Source: Dehalococcoidia bacterium (GTDB lineage: Bacteria > Chloroflexota > Dehalococcoidia > Plut-88900). Taken from it: 64,000 bases of DNA. Position numbers and translations under genes: made by a program. This document shows, piece by piece, positions 29,952-39,600 of the stretch. The stretch covers positions 192,001 to 256,000 of the forward strand of contig OZ240215.1 of assembly GCA_965197585.1 (NCBI GenBank), given 5' to 3'. Within the stretch, counting starts at the first letter, position 1. Every line of letters starts with the position of its first letter. The notes under the pieces were generated by a model. That model saw only the letters and a program-made list of their open reading frames with translations. It did no database searches and was not told the DNA's origin.

Positions 29952-30323
29952 TCAGCACCACTCCATTGGGGCTTCCCTCATGGATACTCCCCTACCCAGG
30001 CCCCGCTCCACGTGCATCTGGGGGTCGTACTGTATCTCCGTATACACGACATTCTGGGACTTTTACTTCAACAGGAATGCGCAGGTCAGATCGTAGAAGT
30101 CCCGCTCCGTCTTCAGCACTTTATCAGCCTCGCATCAGATGTCGAACCACATCATGATGTCGGGGTAGACATAAGTGGCCGCTATCTCATCCGACGTGGC
30201 GTACGGCAAATCCACTTCGGTGCACCTGGCAAGCTCCAACCGCAGGGCAGGCTCCATAGTGGACTCCAGATGAACGTGGAGCTCCGCCTTGGGCATGCGC
30301 CGGATGAACGTTGTCACATCCAA
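29952..30323 (-). pseudogene. Adenosine/adenine deaminase N-terminal remnant
   Basis: MPKAELHVHLE...VLKTERDFYDL...NVVYTEIQYDPQMH with in-frame TGA (30135) and TAA (30063). Homology fades after ~HVERG. Confidence 0.8.
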
Positions 30324-30741
30324 TGGTTCAGTACGTCCTTCAGATCGTTCGATGGAACTGCGGGTCGAGCGATAGTTGGATTTTCCTCGAAAACAAGGGG
30401 ATCGTCCACTCGGCAATGTGTAGGGAAGCAAGATGGTGGACCAAGTTGGGCTATACCGCTGACTTCTCTGTGCAGGATTTCCGTTTGGGAATCACCCCAG
30501 AAGTCATGTAACACCCTGCCGGTTCGAATTCGGCTGGGTAGACCTTACTTGACCGGACCCAGTGGCATTTCCGAAATGTATGTTGACCCGCAGCTATAGC
30601 CAGGCTCAGGTTAGTGGACTTCGCAGGTTGACCCAGACCTTCTTGTTCCGACAGGAGCAAGTTGCAGGAGTGTCGCGAGGGGCGGATACTGGACTGCGAG
30701 CGGGCGACCTGAAGACAACCCCAGACTGGCTGGAGATGATC

Positions 30742-31623
30742 ATGGCCTTCGCAAATCCGGAGTTCCTCGTTTCGACCGATTGGTTGGCGGAACACCTGGG
30801 GGACGACGATGTCCGCGTCTTCGAGACGATCGTCTTCCTCCATCCCCGCGACGGCGGCGGCTATCGCGTCGAGTCGGGACGAAGCGAGTACGAGTCGGGA
30901 CACATTCCCGGAGCGGGATTCCTGGACCTGCAGGGCGACTTCTCCGATAACGACCAACGCTTCCGTTTCATGATGCCCTCGGCCGAAGCGTTTGCCGAGG
31001 CGGCCGGAATGCACGGAATCTCGGAGTCGTCGAAGCTGGTCCTCTACGACCGGTCAGGTTCGATGTGGGCTGCGAGGCTGTGGTGGATGTTTCGGTCAAT
31101 GGGCTGTCATGGTGCGGTGGTGCTGGACGGAGGCTGGCGTCGCTGGGTCGCTGAGGGCAGGCCCGTGTCGACTGGTCCACCGACGCACCAACCAACGGCC
31201 TTCACGCCGACTATCGATGCAGCCAGGTTCGCCGACTTGGACGAGGTCATGGCGTTTGTCGAGTCCGGCGGTGTGGATGGCAGCTGCCTGATAAACGCAC
31301 TGGGTCGGGAGCAACACTCGGGGGCGGATGGGGGGAGAATCTACGGGCGTCCCGGGCATATCCCCGGCTCGGCCAACGTACCGGCGGCGGAGCTTACCGA
31401 TGCTGAGACCGGCCTATACCGCCCGGCGGAGGAGCTGGCGCCATTGTTTGAAGAGGCGGGTGCGGACAGGACTCGGCGCGTGGTCACCTACTGCGGCGGG
31501 GGCATCGCAGCATCCAACGACGCCTTCGTACTCTCGCTACTGGGATACGAGGACATCGCGGTATACGACGCCTCAATGTCGGAGTACGCCGCCGATCCGT
31601 CTCTGCCACTGGAACTCGCCTGA
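30742..31623 (+). CDS. Tandem rhodanese sulfurtransferase (SseA/MPST-like)
   Basis: LVSTDWL, two GHIPG motifs, AARLWW, active-site YCGGGIAA and YDAS. Confidence 0.9.
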   Translation: MAFANPEFLVSTDWLAEHLGDDDVRVFETIVFLHPRDGGGYRVESGRSEYESGHIPGAGFLDLQGDFSDNDQRFRFMMPSAEAFAEAAGMHGISESSKLVLYDRSGSMWAARLWWMFRSMGCHGAVVLDGGWRRWVAEGRPVSTGPPTHQPTAFTPTIDAARFADLDEVMAFVESGGVDGSCLINALGREQHSGADGGRIYGRPGHIPGSANVPAAELTDAETGLYRPAEELAPLFEEAGADRTRRVVTYCGGGIAASNDAFVLSLLGYEDIAVYDASMSEYAADPSLPLELA

Positions 31624-32497
31624 GCGCAGTGCATCACCGGCAAGTGTCCCAGGCACTTCCACAACCAGGACGCGGAGCTTGCGCGGTGCGAGGGCGTGCT
31701 GCGGGTTAGACGGGCTGAGCCGACTCGCGGCCAAGGCCCGCAGGACGAGTGGGGAGCGCCTCCGCCAGCACTGGGAACAGGAGGGGCACATGTGGCCTTT
31801 GAGTGACCTTGCCTCCTAAAGGCCTGTCACACTTACGTCCGCGTCACGTAGCATCTCAAACTTCGCCCAGTGACCCATATCTTCCAAGGGCCGGTAGTCC
31901 TATCTCGCCTGGCGAACGATGCGTGCCAGGTGATGATCTGCATTTCGCCTGCCGGCTACAACGGCCCAGTAATGACCGCGGGATTCTTCGCACCACCCTC
32001 GTGAGCCCCATGGTCTCGGCTACGGTCATACCTGAGAAGCAATAGGAACGAAATGTTGCGCTACTCGTGGGAGCCGGATCTGGAATCCATCTTAATGCGC
32101 GATCAGCTGTTAGATTATAGTTCGAGCCCCCGTAGGTGGGGAGAAGGAGGTTCGGGTCGACAACGACCTCCTGTCCCGGATGACTGGCCATTACGTTGGC
32201 AATGCGTGCCTCAGGGTTATTCCCCCGCCTATGGAATACTGTCCTCAACGTCATAGTCCATGCTACAGTCCAAAGTCATGCGTCGCACTGCCGCTTGGAT
32301 GTCTGTTTCGGCGCGTGAGGACCCTTTTCAGCAGGAGACCTGGCCCAGCCCCGAGAATCCCGCCACGTTTGTAGACACTAGGCCGTCAGCGACAATCGAA
32401 CGCTAGAGGGGGTAGAAAAACCCGAGAGATGCTCAAACACGCCGTAGCCGGTTCCGCCTCCGGCAAGCCCAACACGAAATAGGGGTAAACAACCGAA

Positions 32498-33895
32498 ATG
32501 AGCGGATACGCAGAGAGAATACGCTGGCTCGCATTCGTGACAGTTCTGACCGTCTCGGTCGTCCTGAGCGCCTGCAGCGACAGTCCCGCGCCCACGTCAG
32601 GGCCAACGGCAACCCCCACGCCCACCATGACACTCACTCAGACCCCGGTTCCCACCGCTACGCCCTCACCTGTTCCTTCAGCGACACCCTCTCAGACCCC
32701 GGTTCCCACCGCCACGCCCTCACCTGTTCCTTCAGCGACACCCTCTCAGACTCCGACGCCTATCGCCGCGCCGACGCCGACCCAAACGGCAACCACCACT
32801 CCCACCATGACACCCACTCAGACTCCGGTTCCCACCGCCACGCCCTCACCTGTTTCTACAGCGACACCAACTCAGACTCCGACGCCTATCGCCACGCTGA
32901 CGCCGACACCCACACCCGTCACGGACTTTACGAAGCCACAAATATACAACGATAACGTGTACGTCATGCCGGTTACGGAGAATCTCGCAGGCGGCGAGCC
33001 ACCGCTAAAGGACTATGCGGTGCACTTCTACGAGCGCTTTGACGATGAGTTCGACTTCCTTATGTTCGTTTCGAATGTGGGCCCGGATCAGCATGAACCC
33101 GGCGCTTACGCGGGAGCGTACCACGTGGGTGTGCAGAACGATGTGAAGGGCATTGGCATGGAGACTTTTGCCAACAACGAAGACTGGGGATCGGCAGGTA
33201 GACTCCAGGGAGCAAGTTTCTTTGGGAGCTATTCGATCTATCACGACCACGATCTGAGCATCTTTGCCGAAGGGCCGACCTTACACGAGCTTATGCATCA
33301 ATGGGCAAACTTTGTCGTTCCGTCAGCCTGGGGTAGCCATTGGGGCTTCAGTAGCGCCGACGGCAACCTGGGAGGGTTTGACATTGCCGACCTCGTGAAC
33401 CATGGTGGCGGCCGGTACTCCGCTGGGGGGTTCACGGTGGCAGGCGCAGCTGACAACATCGTTCCCTACAGTCCTATCGAGCTTTACTTGGCGGGTTTCG
33501 CACCTCCGGACCAAGTCCCCGACCTTTGGGTTGCCGAAGATGGAGAGTGGCTGCTCGATGAGGAAGGCGAGCACGTCAGCGCCCCTGACGGGTCTTGGAT
33601 GTTCACCGCAAGTCATATCAGGACCTACACCATCGAGGAGATCATCGCCGAGCATGGCGCGCGCGTTCCCGACTCTTCGCAAGCTCAGACGGATTTTCGC
33701 GCGGCGGTGATTCTGTTGGTTGATCAAGATCACCCAGCCACCCGAGAAGTCTTGGAGACACTGAGCGCCGACGTTTCTTGGTTCAGCCGCCCCGGTGACG
33801 ACGAAACCTATCGATTCAACTTCTACGAAGCAACAGGTGGCCGGGGTACGATCATCATGGACAGCCTGTCGGAGTTCCTGAAAGATAGTGAATAG
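32498..33895 (+). CDS. Lipoprotein with Pro/Thr repeats and HExxH metallopeptidase-like domain
   Basis: VLSAC lipobox, 54-bp PTATP repeats (32636-32910), HELMHQW followed by SHWG and ELYLAG. Confidence 0.8.
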   Translation: MSGYAERIRWLAFVTVLTVSVVLSACSDSPAPTSGPTATPTPTMTLTQTPVPTATPSPVPSATPSQTPVPTATPSPVPSATPSQTPTPIAAPTPTQTATTTPTMTPTQTPVPTATPSPVSTATPTQTPTPIATLTPTPTPVTDFTKPQIYNDNVYVMPVTENLAGGEPPLKDYAVHFYERFDDEFDFLMFVSNVGPDQHEPGAYAGAYHVGVQNDVKGIGMETFANNEDWGSAGRLQGASFFGSYSIYHDHDLSIFAEGPTLHELMHQWANFVVPSAWGSHWGFSSADGNLGGFDIADLVNHGGGRYSAGGFTVAGAADNIVPYSPIELYLAGFAPPDQVPDLWVAEDGEWLLDEEGEHVSAPDGSWMFTASHIRTYTIEEIIAEHGARVPDSSQAQTDFRAAVILLVDQDHPATREVLETLSADVSWFSRPGDDETYRFNFYEATGGRGTIIMDSLSEFLKDSE

Positions 33896-33974
33896 CAGGT
33901 GCAGTAGGCCGGGAGGTCGTATTGATCGACACCCGCTAGCGGGTACGCTCGCTATGTGTCCAGGGGTGACGAAT

Positions 33975-34215
33975 CGCGAACTGGTTGTCGTGGAGCCACA
34001 GCAACGTCAGATTGGAAAGGTGGCCCCGCTCCGGCGGTATCTCCCCGCTCAACTCGTTGGCGCTGAGGAGCAGCCATTTAAGGTTGGAGAGGCTGCCCAG
34101 CTCTGGCGGAATCTCGCCCGTTTACTGTTTGGAGACGAGATCCAGACGAATAACTCAGCCGTTGCTATCCGTGGTGACGCCGTGCCACTCGCCAATGGGC
34201 CTGTCGCTCAGCCGT
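33975..34215 (-). pseudogene. Receptor-like LRR protein remnant
   Basis: Minus frame reads LSDRPIGEWHGVTTDSNG*VIRLDLVSKQ*TGEIPPELGSLSNLKWLLLSANELSGEIPPERGHLSNLTLLWLHDNQ: an N-cap plus 24-aa GxIP LRRs with two stops. Confidence 0.8.
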
Positions 34216-34223
34216 CCGCCCGG

Positions 34224-34898
34224 TCAATCATCCAGCAGCCCGTTCTGCGCAGCCCACACCACGATCTCCTGCTTCGAGTCAACGCCCAGCTTTACCTGAA
34301 TGGTGTAGATGGCGTTTCGGATGGTGACCGCTTTGACTTCCCTCGCCGCCGCAATCGCAACGTATGACATGCCCCGGCAGAACGACACAAGTATCTCCTT
34401 CTCCCTCTGGGTCAGGTTGACCTCCTTTGATTTCGCTCCGCGCCGAATCCTGTCGAAGACCCGCCTCACCACCTCGGTAGGCAGACGCCCCTCGCCTGCA
34501 GCCGCGCTCTTCATCATGCCCAGGACCTGGTCCATTCCGGCCACCTTCTGAAGATAGCCGGCCGCACCGGCGGCCACCGCCTCTATCACGGCGTTCGCCT
34601 CCGTGGATGCGGTCAGCATGATGACCCGTGTCTTGGGCAGAGACTCCATGATCTCCCGGCACGCCTCCACGCCGTCCTTCCTGGGCATCATGACGTCCAT
34701 GACGATCAAGTCGGGCGACAGCTCGGAGGCCGCCTTCACCGCCTCCACTCCGTCCCTGGCCTGGCCCACCACCTCGAACTCCTCAGACCGCTCCAGAATC
34801 ACCTGAAGACCTTCCCGAGTGACCGCATGGTCGTCGGCGAGCAGCACCCTTATGCGACGAGACTCTGTTGACAATTTATCCCTCCTGTTGTCCGCCAC
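34224..34898 (-). CDS. NarL/LuxR-family response regulator (paralogue of 4053-4715)
   Basis: LADDH, VMDVMMP, LTQREKEIL and VTIRNAIY. Start may be TTG 34874. Confidence 0.92.
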   Translation of the reverse strand: MADNRRDKLSTESRRIRVLLADDHAVTREGLQVILERSEEFEVVGQARDGVEAVKAASELSPDLIVMDVMMPRKDGVEACREIMESLPKTRVIMLTASTEANAVIEAVAAGAAGYLQKVAGMDQVLGMMKSAAAGEGRLPTEVVRRVFDRIRRGAKSKEVNLTQREKEILVSFCRGMSYVAIAAAREVKAVTIRNAIYTIQVKLGVDSKQEIVVWAAQNGLLDD

Positions 34899-36138
34899 CG
34901 GACAATGGCATCACGCAGGTCACGCTGGCGCCCCCGGCCGGTCCCGTGGGCTCGACGATAAGGCGTCCGCTCAGACGCCCGGCGTACACCCGCATGTTTG
35001 CGAAGCCGTGGCCCCGCTCCTCGTAGTCGTCGGGAAGGCCCACCCCGTCGTCCGACACCGACAGCCTGAGCTCATCCCGTCCGAAGTCGAGATCGACCAG
35101 CACCCGGCTCGCCCCGGCATGGCGAAGGGCGTTGGCGAGGGCGTTGTGGGCTAAGGAGAACAGGAGGCTCCTGACCTCTACCGAGAGTGGCGGCTCCACA
35201 CCGTTCTGCGTCAGCTCCGCCGACACCGACGTGATGGACTTGAACGTCGCGACGTGCGAGTCCAGGGTCCAGCCCAACTCACCGCCCTCGAATATGCGGC
35301 CCATGTCAATCGGGTGTCTCAGCTGCCAGACGGCGGTCTTGGAAAGCCGTGAGGTGGCATCGAGCCGTGCGGTGAGCTCCTCGTTGGAGTCTCCGGCAAC
35401 CTGTTGGGCGGCGTCTATCCCCAGGCCGATCATGAAGGCGGTCTGGGCGGCCGTATCGTGAATGGCCTGGGAGAGCTCGATCCGCTCCCGCTGAAGCGTC
35501 CGCTCCCGCTCCACTGCGGCTCTCCACCTGCTCCGCTCGAAGTTGGAGATCAGGTTGACCGTTGCGGCCACCGCATACATGACGAAGATCCTGGCGAGCA
35601 GGGACTTCTCGTCCCTTGCCCCCATGTCGATTCCTTCCCCCACCGTGAGGCTTATCGCCAGATAGAGGACGGACACAACTGTCACACAGACCATGGTCAG
35701 CCTGAAGGAGGTGAGAACCAACGCATACCCGGCCAGCGGGGGGTAGTACAGCAGGTGCAAGAAGTAGTGGTCGAAGCCTCCCCCTATCACCGTGGCGACC
35801 GAGACCATTGTTACATCCATGGCCGCGAACGCAAGAATCCAGCGCCATGTGATGGGCCTTTTCGTCGCAAGCCGGTACTGCGTCATTCCATTGAACGCCA
35901 CTAGCAGAATGAATAGCGGCGCATACACGACGTAGCGCTCCGGCCAACCCACAGGCCGGTACGCCAGCTGCACCAAATTGAAGGCGACCACGAACCAGTG
36001 TGCCCAGACCAGTATGGTCGCTATGTATCTCAGCCCATCCGGGTCGAGCCGCATGAGCGTCGAGTTTTTAATTCGAAAGACGCCAGCGGCCTTACTGATT
36101 GGACGGAAGCCCCGGCTCTGCTGAGGTGCCTGAGACAT
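34876..36138 (-). CDS. Membrane sensor histidine kinase (paralogue of 2797-4056)
   Basis: TM helices, ERIELSQAIHD, WQLRHPIDMG, NALRHA and DDGVG. Confidence 0.9.
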   Translation of the reverse strand: MSQAPQQSRGFRPISKAAGVFRIKNSTLMRLDPDGLRYIATILVWAHWFVVAFNLVQLAYRPVGWPERYVVYAPLFILLVAFNGMTQYRLATKRPITWRWILAFAAMDVTMVSVATVIGGGFDHYFLHLLYYPPLAGYALVLTSFRLTMVCVTVVSVLYLAISLTVGEGIDMGARDEKSLLARIFVMYAVAATVNLISNFERSRWRAAVERERTLQRERIELSQAIHDTAAQTAFMIGLGIDAAQQVAGDSNEELTARLDATSRLSKTAVWQLRHPIDMGRIFEGGELGWTLDSHVATFKSITSVSAELTQNGVEPPLSVEVRSLLFSLAHNALANALRHAGASRVLVDLDFGRDELRLSVSDDGVGLPDDYEERGHGFANMRVYAGRLSGRLIVEPTGPAGGASVTCVMPLSGGGQQEG

Positions 36139-36231
36139 CTCCTCTCCTGTATGCGCGTGAAACCAAGGAATGTTTGGTGGTCACGACAGTGCGTAGGTGA
36201 CCGCTAATCTAGCCACTTTCGTTTATGTCCA

Positions 36232-36688
36232 CAAGAGTGAAATGTTGCAGAAACACACTCTCTCAGAGCCAACACTATTGCTGTCCTAAGAGTGTGATTA
36301 GGCACTTACCAAACCGACGAAGAGGCTCTATTTTCCTTGCTGGTAGAAACCGGACGATAGTTGGGGTCACAGGCCGCCACGTCAGCTGTGGAAGTCGGAG
36401 GAGGTCGTAGGTTCCGCTGGCTTCGCCTGTGCCGGGGAGGCTCTCACGTGGTGCTCGACAGGCCAGTCCATCCACCTCGGACCGCGGACGGAACTGCGGC
36501 GCCCGCAGTCGCTGCGCCGCTCGCCCCTGGGGTTCGCCGCCTACGGCGAGCTAGCACAGACGTCCTCCCCGAATTTTCGGACTCGGCTAGCCGGGGGTAA
36601 GTTATGACCACCTCCCGGCGTCTTGCGACGCTCCCACTGCTGCTCATCGGACTGGCGGTCATCGCCGCCCTGCTTCTCACTCCTGGGG
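36232..36688 (+). repeat. Copy 1 of ~455-bp direct repeat (upstream region, structured leader, RBS, signal-peptide start)
   Basis: Aligns by eye nearly end to end with 50893-51351, with scattered substitutions and small indels. Confidence 0.92.
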
Positions 36689-39600
36689 CCCAGGCCCAGA
36701 GCCGGGACTCCGGCAGCGATTTCACCCTGGACGCCGCCAACGGCTACCCGACCGGCATCTGGTCGGACGGGACCACCATGTGGGTCGCGGACTTCGAGGA
36801 TCACAAGCTGTACGCCTACCGGATGTCGGACCGGAGCCGGGACTCGGGCAAGGACTTCACTCTGGACGCCGACAACGGCTCTCCGGTGGGCATCTGGTCG
36901 GACGGGACCACCATGTGGGCGTCGGACTTCACCGACGCCAAGCTGTACGCCTACCGGATGTCGGACCGGAGCCGGGACTCGGGCAAGGACTTCAACACGC
37001 TTTCTGCAGCCGGCAACCTCTTTCCCGAGGGCATCTGGTCGGACGGGACCACGATGTGGGTGGCGGACACCGGCAACGACACGGTGTTCGCCTACGACCT
37101 GTCGACCAGGGCCTGGGACTTCGAGAAGGACATCACGCTGGGCCCCGGCCACGGCTCTCCGATGGGCGTCTGGTCGAACGGATCCACGATGTGGGTTTCG
37201 GACTGGCGGGACACCAAGCTGTACGCCTACCGGATGTCGGACCAGACGCGGGACTCCGGCAAGGACTTCGCGCTGGACGCCGACGATGAATCTTACGAGG
37301 GCATCTGGTCGGTCGGGTCCACGATGTGGGTAGCGTCCCGCGACGACGACAGGCTCTACGCATACGACTGGAACAATCCTGCGACGGGAGCGCCGACGAT
37401 AACCGGCGCGGTCCGAGTGGGCCAGACGCTGGCGGCGGGCACCCGCTCCATCGCCGACGCGGACGGGCTGGACGCCGCCATCTTCGAATATCAATGGGTT
37501 TCGAACGGCGGGAACGCCGACACGGACATCGCGGGCGCTACCGATTCGACCTACACCATCGTCCCCGGCGACCGGGGCAGGGCCGTCAAGGTCAGGGTGT
37601 CCTTCACCGACGGCGCCGGCAACAGAGAGTCGTTGACCAGCGAGCCGACGGGTCAGGTCGGGACCCCGGGCATCTGCGACCGGACGCCTGCGGTGATGGC
37701 GGCCATCGTCGCCGGGATGACCGGCGTCGGCGACTGCTCCGAGGCTTCCGAAACGAGGCTCAGGACTTGGACCGGCTCTCAGCACTTCGGCCCCGGCGTC
37801 ACGCCCGGGCTGTACCTGCAGGGGAGGGGACTGTCGGCCCTGCAGGCCGGAGACTTCCGGGACCTGTACACGCTGCGCGCCCTGGACCTGAACCGGAACT
37901 TCCTCGAGACCGTCCCGGACGGGCTCTTCGAAGACCTACGCGCCGTGGACGAGCTCTATCTGTCGGGAAACTTCATAGACGAACTGCCGGACGGGGTGTT
38001 CGACGGTCCAGGGGAAGAACTGAGCCTGCTGGACCTGTCGGCGAACGGCCTTGAGACGCTGCCGGAGGGCGTGCTGCGAAATCTGGCCGGACTCGTCTCG
38101 CTGTCGCTCTCGGGCAACGGGCTCTCGGACCTTCCGGCGGGCCTTTTCGACGGCCTGGTCGAACTCGAGGAGCTGGACCTGTCCGCCAACTCGATAGACG
38201 AGCTGCCGGACGGGGTGTTTGACCGCAATCTCGAGCTGCGCGGCCTGGACCTGTCGATCAACGAGATCTCCGAGCTGCCGGAAGGGGTCTTCGGCGGTCT
38301 CGGCGACCTGCAGAGCCTCTCCCTCGCGGGGAACGACCTGAAGAGCCTGCCGGAGGACGTGTTCGCCGACCTCGGGAGTCTCGCTGAGCTGGACCTTTCG
38401 GGAAACAAGCTCAAGGACCTGCCTACCGGCCTCTTCGAAGGTCTGTCGGGGCTGACCGACCTCGACGCGAGCGACAATCCTGGCGCACCCTTCACGTTCA
38501 CCGCAGAGCTGGAGCGACGGGGAGACGATACGGTCGTGGTCCGATTGGCCGAGGGCGCGACGCCGTTTGATCTTCAGATCGAACTGTCGGCCCGTAACGG
38601 AGACCTGTCCGCCGAGACCGTCACCATCGCATCAGGCAGTTCCTATTCGGACGTTGTCGAGGTTCGTGCGCACGGGCATCATCCCGTCACGGTGGAGATC
38701 GACTCAGTTGCTTTCCTGTTGCCTTCCGGGGGTTCAGCGTCGGGAATCCACGCCGACCGCGGCAGCGCCATGCTTATGTGGGTCGGCAGACCATTGGTCC
38801 AAAGGGAATGGATCCAGGATGGACCCTTTGCCCTGCATCCGGAGAACGCGGACCCGAAGAGCATATGGTCGGACGGCGAGACGCTTTGGGTGGGCGACGA
38901 GAGTGCCCGGAAGGTCTTCGCCTACAAGCTGTGGGACAATCCCGGCACTGCAGTCAGCGAGTACGGGACCCGAGACCCCGGCAGGGACCTTCCGAGCCTC
39001 GGCGACGAGGACTTCTACGTCACCGGCCACGGCCTCCGATTGTACGTCGCCGAAGAGTCCCTTGACGGCGCCAGCCGGGACGTCTTCGGCTACGACCTGA
39101 CGAGTTTCACGCGTGCGGAGGACCGGGACTTCGTCTACGGGGGCTTGAACGTCGCGGGGGGCGTGTTCATAGTGCGCGGCACGGCTACGGACGGCCGTCA
39201 CATGTGGATCACGAACACCACGTCGCATGCGCACGCCTTCCGTCTGTTCGACGACCCTGAGACGCCGGAGGACGAATACGGGAAGCCGGACACGTCCCGG
39301 AAACTGACGATCCCCGGCTTGGGCCAGCTGAGCGGCCTCTTCACCGACGGGCGGACGATGTGGGGCGTCAGGTTCGCCTCGAACGACGCCTCGGTGCGGA
39401 GCGTGAAACTGTCCGACGGAACCGATGCGGGGTACGACTTTCCGCTCCACGAGGACAACGACCACGCCTACGGCATCTGGTCGAACGGGGAGACCTTCTA
39501 CGTCGTTGACGCCGACGATGACATGATCTACACCTATCATGGCGTCGGCGGCGTCGTACGGCCCTCCGTCGAAGACGCGGAGACCGCCGCCCCGCTGGTC

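Noticed and set aside
31624-32497. Several short overlapping ORFs
   Set aside because: No recognisable motifs; possibly decayed sequence but cannot be supported.
33931-33944. Palindrome ACCCGCTAGCGGGT between convergent genes
   Set aside because: No loop or U-tract; insufficient to call a terminator or binding site.
36703-37370. Periodic DNA repeats resembling a CRISPR array
   Set aside because: In-frame protein repeats with conserved interiors; no unique spacers and no cas genes.
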